A stretch of 64,000 bases of DNA from Theionarchaea archaeon (GTDB taxonomy: Archaea > Methanobacteriota_B > Thermococci > Methanofastidiosales > SZ-28-30): positions 64,001 through 128,000 of the forward strand of contig JACVGT010000019.1 in NCBI GenBank assembly GCA_018992685.1. The letters are read 5' to 3'. This document shows positions 49,352-58,190 of this stretch, piece after piece; the first letter of the stretch is position 1; every line of letters begins with the position of its first letter. Below the pieces are notes generated by a model. That model searched no databases, had not been told where the DNA came from, and was given only the letters and a program-made list of their open reading frames with translations. Made by a program: the position numbers and the translations under genes.

Positions 49352-50152
49352 ATGAGCAAAGAACTGCTGATCCAGAAAGGCAAAGAAATGCTGCTCGAAA
49401 CGGGAGCCAAAGCTCTGCTGTTGTATGTTGAATCAGATTCAGATTTGGGACTTGCGCCTGAGAACACCATTTTTGTGTATGACAACAAGAAGTTCAGTGA
49501 AATTGATGACACGGGAGTTCTCATTCCACTGAACGTAAGTCCTGAAGAGAGAATGAACCTCGCTATTGCCGGAGCCATGGAAAAAGGCCTGCTCCACAAG
49601 AATGACAAAGTGATATACGTGAATAATAACAGTATTTCATTAAAAACAGCGAAAGAACAAATGGATAAAGGGATATACAAGATCCTGTTCACTGCCGCAA
49701 ATATTGACCCTGACGTGGTCAAAGAAGTCCTGGAAATCGCTGTTGAATTGGGGAAGAAAGGGCGAGAAGGAAAGCCTGTAGGAAGCACCTTCATCATTGG
49801 AGACTCAGGAGAAGTCATGAACAGGTCAACTCAGATCACATACAATCCCTTTCAGGGGAGCATGGTCAATATTCAGGACGACGTGGTGCGCAGCATGATA
49901 AAGGAGTATTCAAGGTTGGATGGAGCTTTTATCATTAGTGGCAAAGGGAAGATCATTGCGGCAGCACGATTTCTTGAATGCGGAAAGGAAGGAATCAAGA
50001 TGCCCAAAGGATTGGGTGCTCGTCACATGGCTGCAGCATGGATAACCAAGAAGACAGATAGCATTGGTGTTGTCCTCTCAGAATCAGATAATATGATTCG
50101 TGTCTTCTGGGACGGTGAGATGATTGAAGAGCTCGATCCTGAGAAGTTGTAG
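49352..50152 (+). CDS. dacZ: Diadenylate cyclase, DacZ type
   Basis: GREGKPVG, LDGAFII, GLGARHMAAA, VLSES; next to mscS. Confidence 0.85.
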   Translation: MSKELLIQKGKEMLLETGAKALLLYVESDSDLGLAPENTIFVYDNKKFSEIDDTGVLIPLNVSPEERMNLAIAGAMEKGLLHKNDKVIYVNNNSISLKTAKEQMDKGIYKILFTAANIDPDVVKEVLEIAVELGKKGREGKPVGSTFIIGDSGEVMNRSTQITYNPFQGSMVNIQDDVVRSMIKEYSRLDGAFIISGKGKIIAAARFLECGKEGIKMPKGLGARHMAAAWITKKTDSIGVVLSESDNMIRVFWDGEMIEELDPEKL

Positions 50153-50155
50153 GAG

Positions 50156-50983
50156 GTGATGCTGATTTCATTTATTGAGGAATGGTTTGGACAAGTGATC
50201 AATCAACTGGAAGAACTGATCCCTCGACTGGTTAAATTCCTGGGAATCCTCATAGTCGCCTATATTCTGGGGAGAATTCTCGCCTGGCTGGTAGCCACAA
50301 TTCTTCGCAAACTGGAGTTTGAGCGGCTGACCAAGAAATCAGAGGCAGAGAGAATTGCACGACGATTCGGCATGTCGTTAATTGGACTGATTGGATCGGT
50401 TGTGAAGTGGACCATTTATCTGATCGGGCTGCAGGTGGCTGTTGAAGCTGCTGGTCTTGATATTCTCAATCGGTTGATGCGGGGGATTGTCAGTTACATG
50501 CCCAACCTCATTCTGGCTCTAGCTATCTTCATTGTGGGAATACTGATAGCTGAGAAAGTGGGCAACTTTGTGCAGGGTCTGGCCGAAGATGAAAAGGTTC
50601 CTCGATTCTGGATCCTGGGAAACCTTGTGCGGTACACAATATATCTGGTCGTAATGATTATGGCCCTCTCACAACTGAAGATATCCACTGATGTCCTGAT
50701 AATCGTTACCGGTTCGATCTTTGCTGCCATCGGGTTGATTGTAGTCATTAGTTTGAGAGATGTTGGACCAAACGTTGCTGCAGGGATCCATTTGCTGTAC
50801 GAAAAGACATTGAACGTCGGAGATACAGTCAAAGTCGGCCGGTATGAAGGGATCATTGAAGATATTGGCATTGTGAAATCTATCATAAAGAATGAAGAGG
50901 GAGAGTTCATTGTCATCCCCAACTCACAGTTGATGAGAAGCATCATAATAAAGAAACTGTCTCCTGAAGAAGCACTGGAGTAG
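50156..50983 (+). CDS. mscS: Small-conductance mechanosensitive channel
   Basis: TM-helix repeats, NVAAG, VGDTVKVG..EG.IEDIG, IPNS. Confidence 0.88.
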   Translation: MMLISFIEEWFGQVINQLEELIPRLVKFLGILIVAYILGRILAWLVATILRKLEFERLTKKSEAERIARRFGMSLIGLIGSVVKWTIYLIGLQVAVEAAGLDILNRLMRGIVSYMPNLILALAIFIVGILIAEKVGNFVQGLAEDEKVPRFWILGNLVRYTIYLVVMIMALSQLKISTDVLIIVTGSIFAAIGLIVVISLRDVGPNVAAGIHLLYEKTLNVGDTVKVGRYEGIIEDIGIVKSIIKNEEGEFIVIPNSQLMRSIIIKKLSPEEALE

Positions 50984-51164
50984 TCAGAGGCTTCTCATTT
51001 GTTTTGGCTGAGAAGGGGACACAGTCACGAGGCTCGTGATGTCATTACAGTCCCGGACCACAGAAAGAACATGGCTCTATGGGGGTTTCCTTTTTTCTCT
51101 TGTTCCTGATTGAGAGAAGTGACTGATTGGGAAAGTATTTAAAGGAACAACAATCTTGAAGGAT

Positions 51165-52358
51165 ATGAAAGTTCTGGCTGTATTCATGACTCTTTTGCTG
51201 GTAACAATGTCAGCATATGGGGAATTTGGACACGCCTCGCAGGTCATACTTCTGGTGGTTGATGGGGGTGACCCAGAGGTACTGTCTTTGGAAGGATTTC
51301 CTGTTGAAGGTCAAGGTACTGCTGTCTTCCCCCCCATGACCAGCACTGGACATATATCTCTTCTAACTGGAGTGTATCCCTCCCACCACGGCATCCTGGC
51401 CAATGAGTACAATGATGAACAGAAAACCCGGACCTACACATCCGATATGATAGAAGCTAAGACTCTCTTTGAAATCCTGAAGGAAAACAGGAAGAAGGGA
51501 ATATTCATTTCTGGCAAGAAGGGATTGGCCGCCCTTGCAGGTGCAACAGCGAATCTGACAGTAAGTCCCGACTCCTATCCAGTGTACCTGAGAGATCCAC
51601 CTCAGGATCAGGAGGGACTGACCCGCTGGCTCTTTGAAGCGATTACAGAAATTGACATACGAGAGCATCCTGACTTTTTTTGTGTCAATATTCCCATTCT
51701 AGATGGTGTTGGACATACGTACGGACCTTCCTCAGAGGAGTGTGAAGAGGCTGCCAGATTGGTGGAGGATTTGATTTATTCCTTGAGAGATTCCCTGGAC
51801 AGTGAGACAGCCCTGATCGTGACCAGTGACCATGGAATGAGTTCTGTGTCCAAAACTGTCCCCATTCATGCCCTGTTGAGGGCGGCGGGCTATGCGACCT
51901 GGCCACTGCATGTGGGTCGATGTGCATTCCTCTATGACGTGGAAGAGGGTGCAAGAGAGTTTGTTTCTAACCTTGAAGGAGTAGAGAGGATTGTTGAGCC
52001 TGACGCGTATCCCACGTTACATGTTGATCATGAGAGTGCTCCTGATCTGATCCTTGTGGCAAAGAAGGGATACCTGTTCATTCCAGAACCATTGCTGCAA
52101 TACTACAGAGGGATGCATGGTTCATTTGATGAACAGGATATACCTCTTTATATGACTGGAGCGGGGATTTCCTCTGGGTATGTTGAGTGTAGTCAGGTGG
52201 ACATTGCTCCTCTGGTGGTGGAGCTTCTTGGTCTTGAACCTGGGGTTGCATTTGATGGTTCAGTGCCCCAGGTACAAGAGAAAAAGGTTCAAGGGTACGG
52301 AATCCTGGTGGTAGCAGGAGTCGTCCTCTACCTCATCGGAAGGAACCTGTGGAGGTAA
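51165..52358 (+). CDS. Alkaline phosphatase/nucleotide pyrophosphatase superfamily protein, membrane-anchored
   Basis: VVDG, TGVYPSHHGI..N, D.VGH.YGP, TSDHGM, GMHG; signal peptide and C-terminal TM. Confidence 0.88.
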   Translation: MKVLAVFMTLLLVTMSAYGEFGHASQVILLVVDGGDPEVLSLEGFPVEGQGTAVFPPMTSTGHISLLTGVYPSHHGILANEYNDEQKTRTYTSDMIEAKTLFEILKENRKKGIFISGKKGLAALAGATANLTVSPDSYPVYLRDPPQDQEGLTRWLFEAITEIDIREHPDFFCVNIPILDGVGHTYGPSSEECEEAARLVEDLIYSLRDSLDSETALIVTSDHGMSSVSKTVPIHALLRAAGYATWPLHVGRCAFLYDVEEGAREFVSNLEGVERIVEPDAYPTLHVDHESAPDLILVAKKGYLFIPEPLLQYYRGMHGSFDEQDIPLYMTGAGISSGYVECSQVDIAPLVVELLGLEPGVAFDGSVPQVQEKKVQGYGILVVAGVVLYLIGRNLWR

Positions 52359-52484
52359 GACCTCCATTCAGCGCAGATGCGGGTTGTCACAGTAAAGCTC
52401 ATATACATTGAGGTCCGTGCATTGATTGATGGTTGAGCTAACTCAGGTTGGATGCTCACGAGAAGCCACCATGAGGTGCTGGCT

Positions 52485-53924
52485 ATGGATATTTTGAATG
52501 TGCAGCAACGGTTGAATTCTGATGTAGAGAAAATGATAACAGAGAGGGACATTCAGGGACTGGTAACCACATTAGAGAAGGGAAAAGACTTTGCAACCCG
52601 AATGAGAGCAGCTGAAGGCCTAGGATTTATCAGAGATGAGAGAGCCATTACACCATTAATGAACCTATTGAAGAGGAACCGAGGTGACGTCAAAGCTCTT
52701 GCACTCGTAGCTCTGGGGAGAATTCAGGGCAGAAGGGCTACTCAACTCCTTATTGACACGTTGAAAGATGATTCTCCTTACTGCCGCGAAGTATCAGCGA
52801 TGATGCTCGGAGACTCAGGGGATGAGAGAGCTGTCGCCCCACTGATAGAGGCATTGAATGACCTGGATCATATTGTCGGGGAGAAAGCACGGTGGGCTCT
52901 GGTGGAGTTTGGAACGATGGCATTGTATCCGCTGATAGATGCACTTGAACATGGAAGCTCAGGAACTCGAGAGGCAGCAATCCGGGCTCTGGGAGAAATA
53001 GGTGATGAACAGGCTACCTCTCCTCTGATACGGGCACTTGAGGACGAAAAGGATACCATACGCGAGGCGGCAGCTCAGGCCCTGGGAAGGATGAAGGGTA
53101 AGAGAGCTGTTCAACCCTTGATTCGCCTTCTTGAGGACAGGAACCCCAGTTGCCGCGAAGAAGCTGCTCGGGCTTTAGGTCTGATCAAGGATGGAGGAGC
53201 AGTAGGTGCTCTAATCAACATCTGTGGAGACGAAAACAAGGACGTTCGAGAGTCCGCAGTTCAAGCACTGGGAGAACTGGGTGATAAACGAGCCGTTGCT
53301 TCATTAACGAATTCTCTCCAAGACACGAATAAAGAGGTTCGGAAAGCAGCAGTTCAATCCCTCGGCAAAATAGGAGAAGAACAGGTGAAAGAACTTCTTA
53401 TTCGGCTGTTACAGGAGAGTGACCGTACGTTACGGGAAGGAGCAGCAATGGCCCTGGGAGAGCTTCAGGAACTCAGAGCAGTAGATCCTCTCATATACGC
53501 TCTAGAGGACCCCAGTGGAAGGGTCCGTGAAGCAGCAATCAGAGCACTGGGGATGCTCAGAGATAGAAGAGCTCTTGAACCATTGAGACGGGCGCTCAAA
53601 GAAGAATGGATTCGATGTAGCGTCAGGATGATGGGCTTTGAAACCAGAGTTACCAATTTGCCGGTCCTTGACAATAATTGGAATCAAATGCAGATTCTGA
53701 GCGCTCTCTACGAAATTCAGGGTGATAAGACCACACAATCTTTGATTGAAGCCCTCGAGGAGGCACAAATCAACATTGGGAGAGATCTGACGCAGACCAT
53801 CCACGACTACATTGAGAGATGGGGCGAAGTATTCCCTGGAGTCACCCGTGCTCAAAACAGATTCTTGAGAGCCTGGAGAATTCTCAAAGAAGGATTGACA
53901 GACACAGAGCGGGAATCGCAGTAG
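52485..53924 (+). CDS. HEAT/PBS-lyase repeat protein
   Basis: About 10-11 31-aa repeats R.AA..ALG.I.D.RAV.PLI.AL.D; SD gaggtg. Confidence 0.9.
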   Translation: MDILNVQQRLNSDVEKMITERDIQGLVTTLEKGKDFATRMRAAEGLGFIRDERAITPLMNLLKRNRGDVKALALVALGRIQGRRATQLLIDTLKDDSPYCREVSAMMLGDSGDERAVAPLIEALNDLDHIVGEKARWALVEFGTMALYPLIDALEHGSSGTREAAIRALGEIGDEQATSPLIRALEDEKDTIREAAAQALGRMKGKRAVQPLIRLLEDRNPSCREEAARALGLIKDGGAVGALINICGDENKDVRESAVQALGELGDKRAVASLTNSLQDTNKEVRKAAVQSLGKIGEEQVKELLIRLLQESDRTLREGAAMALGELQELRAVDPLIYALEDPSGRVREAAIRALGMLRDRRALEPLRRALKEEWIRCSVRMMGFETRVTNLPVLDNNWNQMQILSALYEIQGDKTTQSLIEALEEAQINIGRDLTQTIHDYIERWGEVFPGVTRAQNRFLRAWRILKEGLTDTERESQ

Positions 53925-53985
53925 TTACCTGTACAGAGCGAGGCACCACAAGAAGAAAAGGCAGAAAAAAGGTTATAAAGACTAT

Positions 53986-54492
53986 CTAGGAAACCTCGAG
54001 ATCAGTGACCCACCATACCCAGGCTTCAGGAGCATACACCTCTTGAGCGTCCTCTGAAAATACAATCTTCAATGGTCCACCTGACTTGGTGCCAATCTCC
54101 TCACCATCTGCAGTATAGGCAATGAGAATACCGAGACCCAGATCCTCTGCCTTAATCACTGCAGAATAACCATCAGTTGCCACCACTGTTACTTCTGCGA
54201 AATTCTCTGCCCCGAGGTAATCCAGGATGTCCTTCAGTAAGACACCGCCATACTCTATGGTGACCTCCAGGTGGGGATCTGGTATGACAATTGTGGTGTA
54301 GAGCAGTGACTTCAGAGTTTCCATGTCAAATTGAAATGAGCTTCCTGCGTTGACCTTTCCAATGTTTCCAGATACGGTGAGTACCACTTCCCCCTGTGGC
54401 CCGGGGACACTCACAGATTCCGTCTGTGAATCAGGTTGTTGAGTGAGGCACCCCACCATGAACATCAGTCCTATAACAAGCAGCCGTTTCAT
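53986..54492 (-). CDS. Lipoprotein with a molybdopterin-dependent oxidoreductase (sulfite-oxidase-like) fold
   Basis: Lipobox MVGC; GVLLKDIL, ATDGYS, IAYTADGE, GGPLKIV, WVWWV; SD ggaggtga. Confidence 0.75.
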   Translation of the reverse strand: MKRLLVIGLMFMVGCLTQQPDSQTESVSVPGPQGEVVLTVSGNIGKVNAGSSFQFDMETLKSLLYTTIVIPDPHLEVTIEYGGVLLKDILDYLGAENFAEVTVVATDGYSAVIKAEDLGLGILIAYTADGEEIGTKSGGPLKIVFSEDAQEVYAPEAWVWWVTDLEVS

Positions 54493-54497
54493 TGCTA

Positions 54498-56063
54498 TCA
54501 CCTCCTTACAAAGTTGGTTAGTCCGAATCTTTTTAAAGGAATAATTACCCCAATCCCAAATACGGTGGCAAAAAACGCCATGAACATTCTCTCCACTGGA
54601 TAAATAAATAGAAATGCCCTGAAGATTCCTGTATTTAATTCAAGAACCTGAACAGCCAGGAAATTTCCAATCATCAAGTCAGAAAGAACTGCAAATCCAG
54701 AGATCACAAAGTATGCTACAGAGAGTTTCTCCAGAGAAATGTTCAAGAAGAAGGATATGCCCAGAATCACCAGAGCTGCGAATATCAGAAGCCATCCCAG
54801 ATGATTCATATAGAGGGGCAGGACTTTTTCACCATAGTACGTGAAGGTACTGATCAGAGTAATTTCATGCCCAAGAGATTCTGTGGAGAAGGGGATTCTT
54901 TCATCCAGCCGTAACAGTTCAGTTCTCATGACCTGGGACTGCAACGAGAGCAGGAGAACCTGCTGCATCAATCCCAGAATCCCCGCAGCAAGAAATGTAA
55001 ATCCGCACCATTTCCTCAGTGATTCGACAGGTTTCAGATGCACTACAGCGAACAGAAGAACTCCCAGAATGACTGCAGCATAAGCCAGAAGCCTGAACCC
55101 GGAGTACCATCCTGACTCACCCATTGAGGATGATACCTCAATTCCCAGAGTGGCAATTACTGACACGAGCAGTCCACAGAGAGACACCAGGAACCACACC
55201 TTGAACGTATCAGAATCAAGAGCCAGGACTCCAAGAGCACAGGTACTGCAGAAAAGTACGGTACTCACCAACAGAAGGCTTTCACCATACGTCCCGTACG
55301 CTCCTGCAATGGCGAGTATCCCACTGACCACAGTAAGACCACCGGAGATCTTCCTTACTCTGGGCAGGTCTCTCATCACAGCAATCAGGATTCCAGCAAC
55401 ACCTGCTGTGCCACACACAATGCCTGTGCCCAGAATCCACAATCCACTGAGGGTCACGACTATCCACGCACCTCCTACTAAACTCACCCCTGCTAGCAGA
55501 AACCATATTCCTGCTCCTCTGAACCCTACCAGCTCACCATACTGCACGTGGATCCATTCTCCCAGGTGCTCTCTGAATAGCAGTCCCAATCCCAGAAAGA
55601 GAAGCGGCATATAGGGGTAGTAGTACAGTTCCCTCCCGATTGAAGTTGAATACCACAGCAGAAGAACCCCCACCATGACTACACAGGCTGTCTTCCATTT
55701 CTTGTGGGCCAGTAACCCTGCAGTGGCTGCTCCCACAGTGGGAGGAATGAACGTCAGCAACCCAAAAATCGCTCCTTGAGGCGCGAGAATCTGTCCCACA
55801 AAACCCCCTGCAGCAGCAGCATATGTCCCCAGGACGGGTCCCAGAAGGACACCCACCAGGGGCTCCAATGCCACCGCAGCAGAAATCACCTTGCCAACAC
55901 CTGCTACCACAGTCACCGGAATGAATGCAGCTACTGCCATAACTGCTGCCATTATCCCGCTAAAAGCGATTTCCTGTGCAGTTAGCCTTTGAGGAACTAT
56001 CGCACCAATTCTATCACGCAGTCGCTGACCAAGTGTCATCGATATCCATCCTGTGTAGATCAT
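54498..56063 (-). CDS. Polytopic membrane protein resembling an ECF S-component with a large internal insertion
   Basis: N-terminal IAFSGIMAA...PLVGVLLGP..G...GGFVG and C-terminal DLMIGN...YPVER.F...AT..G, separated by about 270 aa of extra TM helices. Confidence 0.6.
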   Translation of the reverse strand: MIYTGWISMTLGQRLRDRIGAIVPQRLTAQEIAFSGIMAAVMAVAAFIPVTVVAGVGKVISAAVALEPLVGVLLGPVLGTYAAAAGGFVGQILAPQGAIFGLLTFIPPTVGAATAGLLAHKKWKTACVVMVGVLLLWYSTSIGRELYYYPYMPLLFLGLGLLFREHLGEWIHVQYGELVGFRGAGIWFLLAGVSLVGGAWIVVTLSGLWILGTGIVCGTAGVAGILIAVMRDLPRVRKISGGLTVVSGILAIAGAYGTYGESLLLVSTVLFCSTCALGVLALDSDTFKVWFLVSLCGLLVSVIATLGIEVSSSMGESGWYSGFRLLAYAAVILGVLLFAVVHLKPVESLRKWCGFTFLAAGILGLMQQVLLLSLQSQVMRTELLRLDERIPFSTESLGHEITLISTFTYYGEKVLPLYMNHLGWLLIFAALVILGISFFLNISLEKLSVAYFVISGFAVLSDLMIGNFLAVQVLELNTGIFRAFLFIYPVERMFMAFFATVFGIGVIIPLKRFGLTNFVRR

Positions 56064-56078
56064 TACACTGGATGATCA

Positions 56079-56090
56079 TATTGTACAATA
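56079..56090. promoter_or_regulatory. Perfect 12-bp palindrome, candidate operator
   Basis: tattgtacaata next to tatataag between divergent genes. Confidence 0.45.
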
Positions 56091-56121
56091 GGTATATAAG
56101 GTTTTTCCCCCATGGTACCAC

Positions 56122-56622
56122 ATGGAACAACCGCTGCTTTCCATAACTGATGACGTGCTGCCGTATGTCATATTCCTTCCCTCAGACAGAGATACACAGA
56201 TGAAAATGCTGTCTGCTGTTTTTGGGTCTGAAGTCAACCTGAAGATACTCACCCAGTTCTGTGGGAGTGACAGGGTATATCAAAAGGCGCTCATTGACGA
56301 GTTACCCTACTCCAACAAGACTATTATCAATCATTTGAAGGAGTTGGTATCCCTGGAGGTCTTGAAAGAAGGAATGGAAAAACAGGAGGGGGAAAAAAAT
56401 GTGTGGGTCAAGTATTTTGAAGTAGAACCGTCCAGGAGATGGCTTATTTTCCTCATCTATGATCCTGAAACTATTTCTCCAGAGACCATGCAGGAGCTTA
56501 TAGTGGAAGTGGTCCGGTATTATGTCAAGAGAATCATGGAGCTGGCTGCTGAGTTTGGGATAGACGAACAGGTCATCAGAAACCTCTTTGAGGATGGAAT
56601 CCATGGGCAAGAAGGTGGATAA
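56122..56622 (+). CDS. Winged-HTH (ArsR-like) transcriptional regulator
   Basis: YQKALIDELPYSNKTIINHLKELV..EVL. Confidence 0.7.
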   Translation: MEQPLLSITDDVLPYVIFLPSDRDTQMKMLSAVFGSEVNLKILTQFCGSDRVYQKALIDELPYSNKTIINHLKELVSLEVLKEGMEKQEGEKNVWVKYFEVEPSRRWLIFLIYDPETISPETMQELIVEVVRYYVKRIMELAAEFGIDEQVIRNLFEDGIHGQEGG

Positions 56623-56692
56623 TTTCAGTTCCTCATCTCTGGAAAACGGGACTATCAGTGACGACCACATCCTTAGAACCGGCACGCCAATT

Positions 56693-57538
56693 TTGAATGA
56701 TGTAGTGTGTATTGGCCCTGCAGCTGTAGATACTGTTTTCCTGGTGAAGGAATTCCCTGTATCGGATGAGATTTCTCTTGCCTCCTGGTCAAGAGAATTC
56801 TTCGGGGGTTCATCAGCAAATGTGGCAGTGGGACTGTCACGGCTGGGGTTCTACTCAGGACTGGTCAGCAAGGTGGGGAGAGATTCAAGGGGCGTTGGCC
56901 TTCTCAGCAAGCTGATCTCAGAAGGAGTTGATATCCGAAAGATCTCTATCTGTGATAAGACTGCTCAGAGCGTAGTCCTGATCAACGAGGAGGGGGAGAA
57001 AGTAATTGTGGCAGATACGCAGTGTGCACTGAGAACAGAAGAGGATGTACCTGCAGGGTATCTTGCCAAGAGTAGAGCGTTATATCTTGGAGAGTGCTTC
57101 CTACCAGCAGCTGCGAAAGCAGTGGAACGAGCTCTGGAGGAGGGGCTACACATCTTTCTCAGGCTGAAAAATGTCCATCTCTCCTTTTTGCTGGATCTGG
57201 AAAGGATTGTCAGGAATGCTGACTTTGTCATCATGAATGAAAAGACTCATGCACAAATGAAGGAGACCCGTGAGAATTTTGTCATCACCAGGGGAAAAAG
57301 AGGGTGTTACCACCCGGCAGAAGACATTGAAGTACAGGGTATGTCTGTTCCCTGTCTAGATACGACGGGAGCAGGAGACGCCTTCTGTGCAGGATTCATC
57401 TGTCAGGTGATGGAAGGGAAGTCTGTGCCAGAGGCCCTCAGGTTTGCCAATGCAGCGGGAGCAGCATCCACAACACGGTATGGGGCCATGGATAGCATGC
57501 CTTCACTCAGTGAAGTGGAATCACTCCTGAAGCACTGA
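56693..57538 (+). CDS. PfkB family carbohydrate kinase
   Basis: GGSSANVAVGLSRLG, MNE, TRGKRG, DTTGAGDAF. Start uncertain (TTG 56693 or ATG 56603). Confidence 0.9.
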   Translation: MNDVVCIGPAAVDTVFLVKEFPVSDEISLASWSREFFGGSSANVAVGLSRLGFYSGLVSKVGRDSRGVGLLSKLISEGVDIRKISICDKTAQSVVLINEEGEKVIVADTQCALRTEEDVPAGYLAKSRALYLGECFLPAAAKAVERALEEGLHIFLRLKNVHLSFLLDLERIVRNADFVIMNEKTHAQMKETRENFVITRGKRGCYHPAEDIEVQGMSVPCLDTTGAGDAFCAGFICQVMEGKSVPEALRFANAAGAASTTRYGAMDSMPSLSEVESLLKH

Positions 57539-58006
57539 ATGGAACTTCCTCAGGCATGCTCGGCAGAATTCAACACTCTTGTAATCGGTATCAGACAGGA
57601 TGTTGGAAAAGTGCATCACACATTGGGGATTCGGACAGTGAACAAGTGATAGTACGTGGCCCAACTCATGAACAGCTTCCTTTGTTATCCGTTCTTCCAG
57701 ACGAGGTCCCTGCAGCCTGGCAGTGGAGATTATGGCATTGGCACCAGGTGCATAGCCGAAAATGTAATTGAGGCCTTGAGCATACAGGTCCACAGTGGTG
57801 ATGAGGAGATGGTGACCTTTCCTGATTTCCACTATATCCATAAAGGGATACACCAGGTATTGTCCTCTTGTAGGGTCGTATGCTTTCTCTGGTATTGGCT
57901 GTTCCTCTCCAATAGAACAAGAAAAGCCCATGGACTCCAAGTGGGACTTAACTACCTCCAGCAGGGTTCTTTCAATAGTTCCAACGGACACAATGATCAC
58001 TTCCAT
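57521..58006 (-). CDS. Archaemetzincin (M54 Zn peptidase)
   Basis: KEAVHELGHVLSLVHC..CVM.FSN....D.K...FC..C. Confidence 0.93.
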   Translation of the reverse strand: MEVIIVSVGTIERTLLEVVKSHLESMGFSCSIGEEQPIPEKAYDPTRGQYLVYPFMDIVEIRKGHHLLITTVDLYAQGLNYIFGYAPGANAIISTARLQGPRLEERITKEAVHELGHVLSLVHCPNPQCVMHFSNILSDTDYKSVEFCRACLRKFHSVLQE

Positions 58007-58190
58007 GATTTCTCTTGGCTCAAGGACATAAAGAGTCTTCTTCGTTACACGGTGGATAATTCAAGAGCGTCCATAATTCCAAGAGGAATCTCCAACAGTC
58101 ATGGTCGAGACCGCGACACTTCACCAACATTTCCTGACCTTCACAACCTTTTTATACCTCGACTATTCTTCCCATGTGCTGGGTTTTACT

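Noticed and set aside
49352-50983. dacZ-mscS pairing as a novelty
   Set aside because: This arrangement is already known in euryarchaea.
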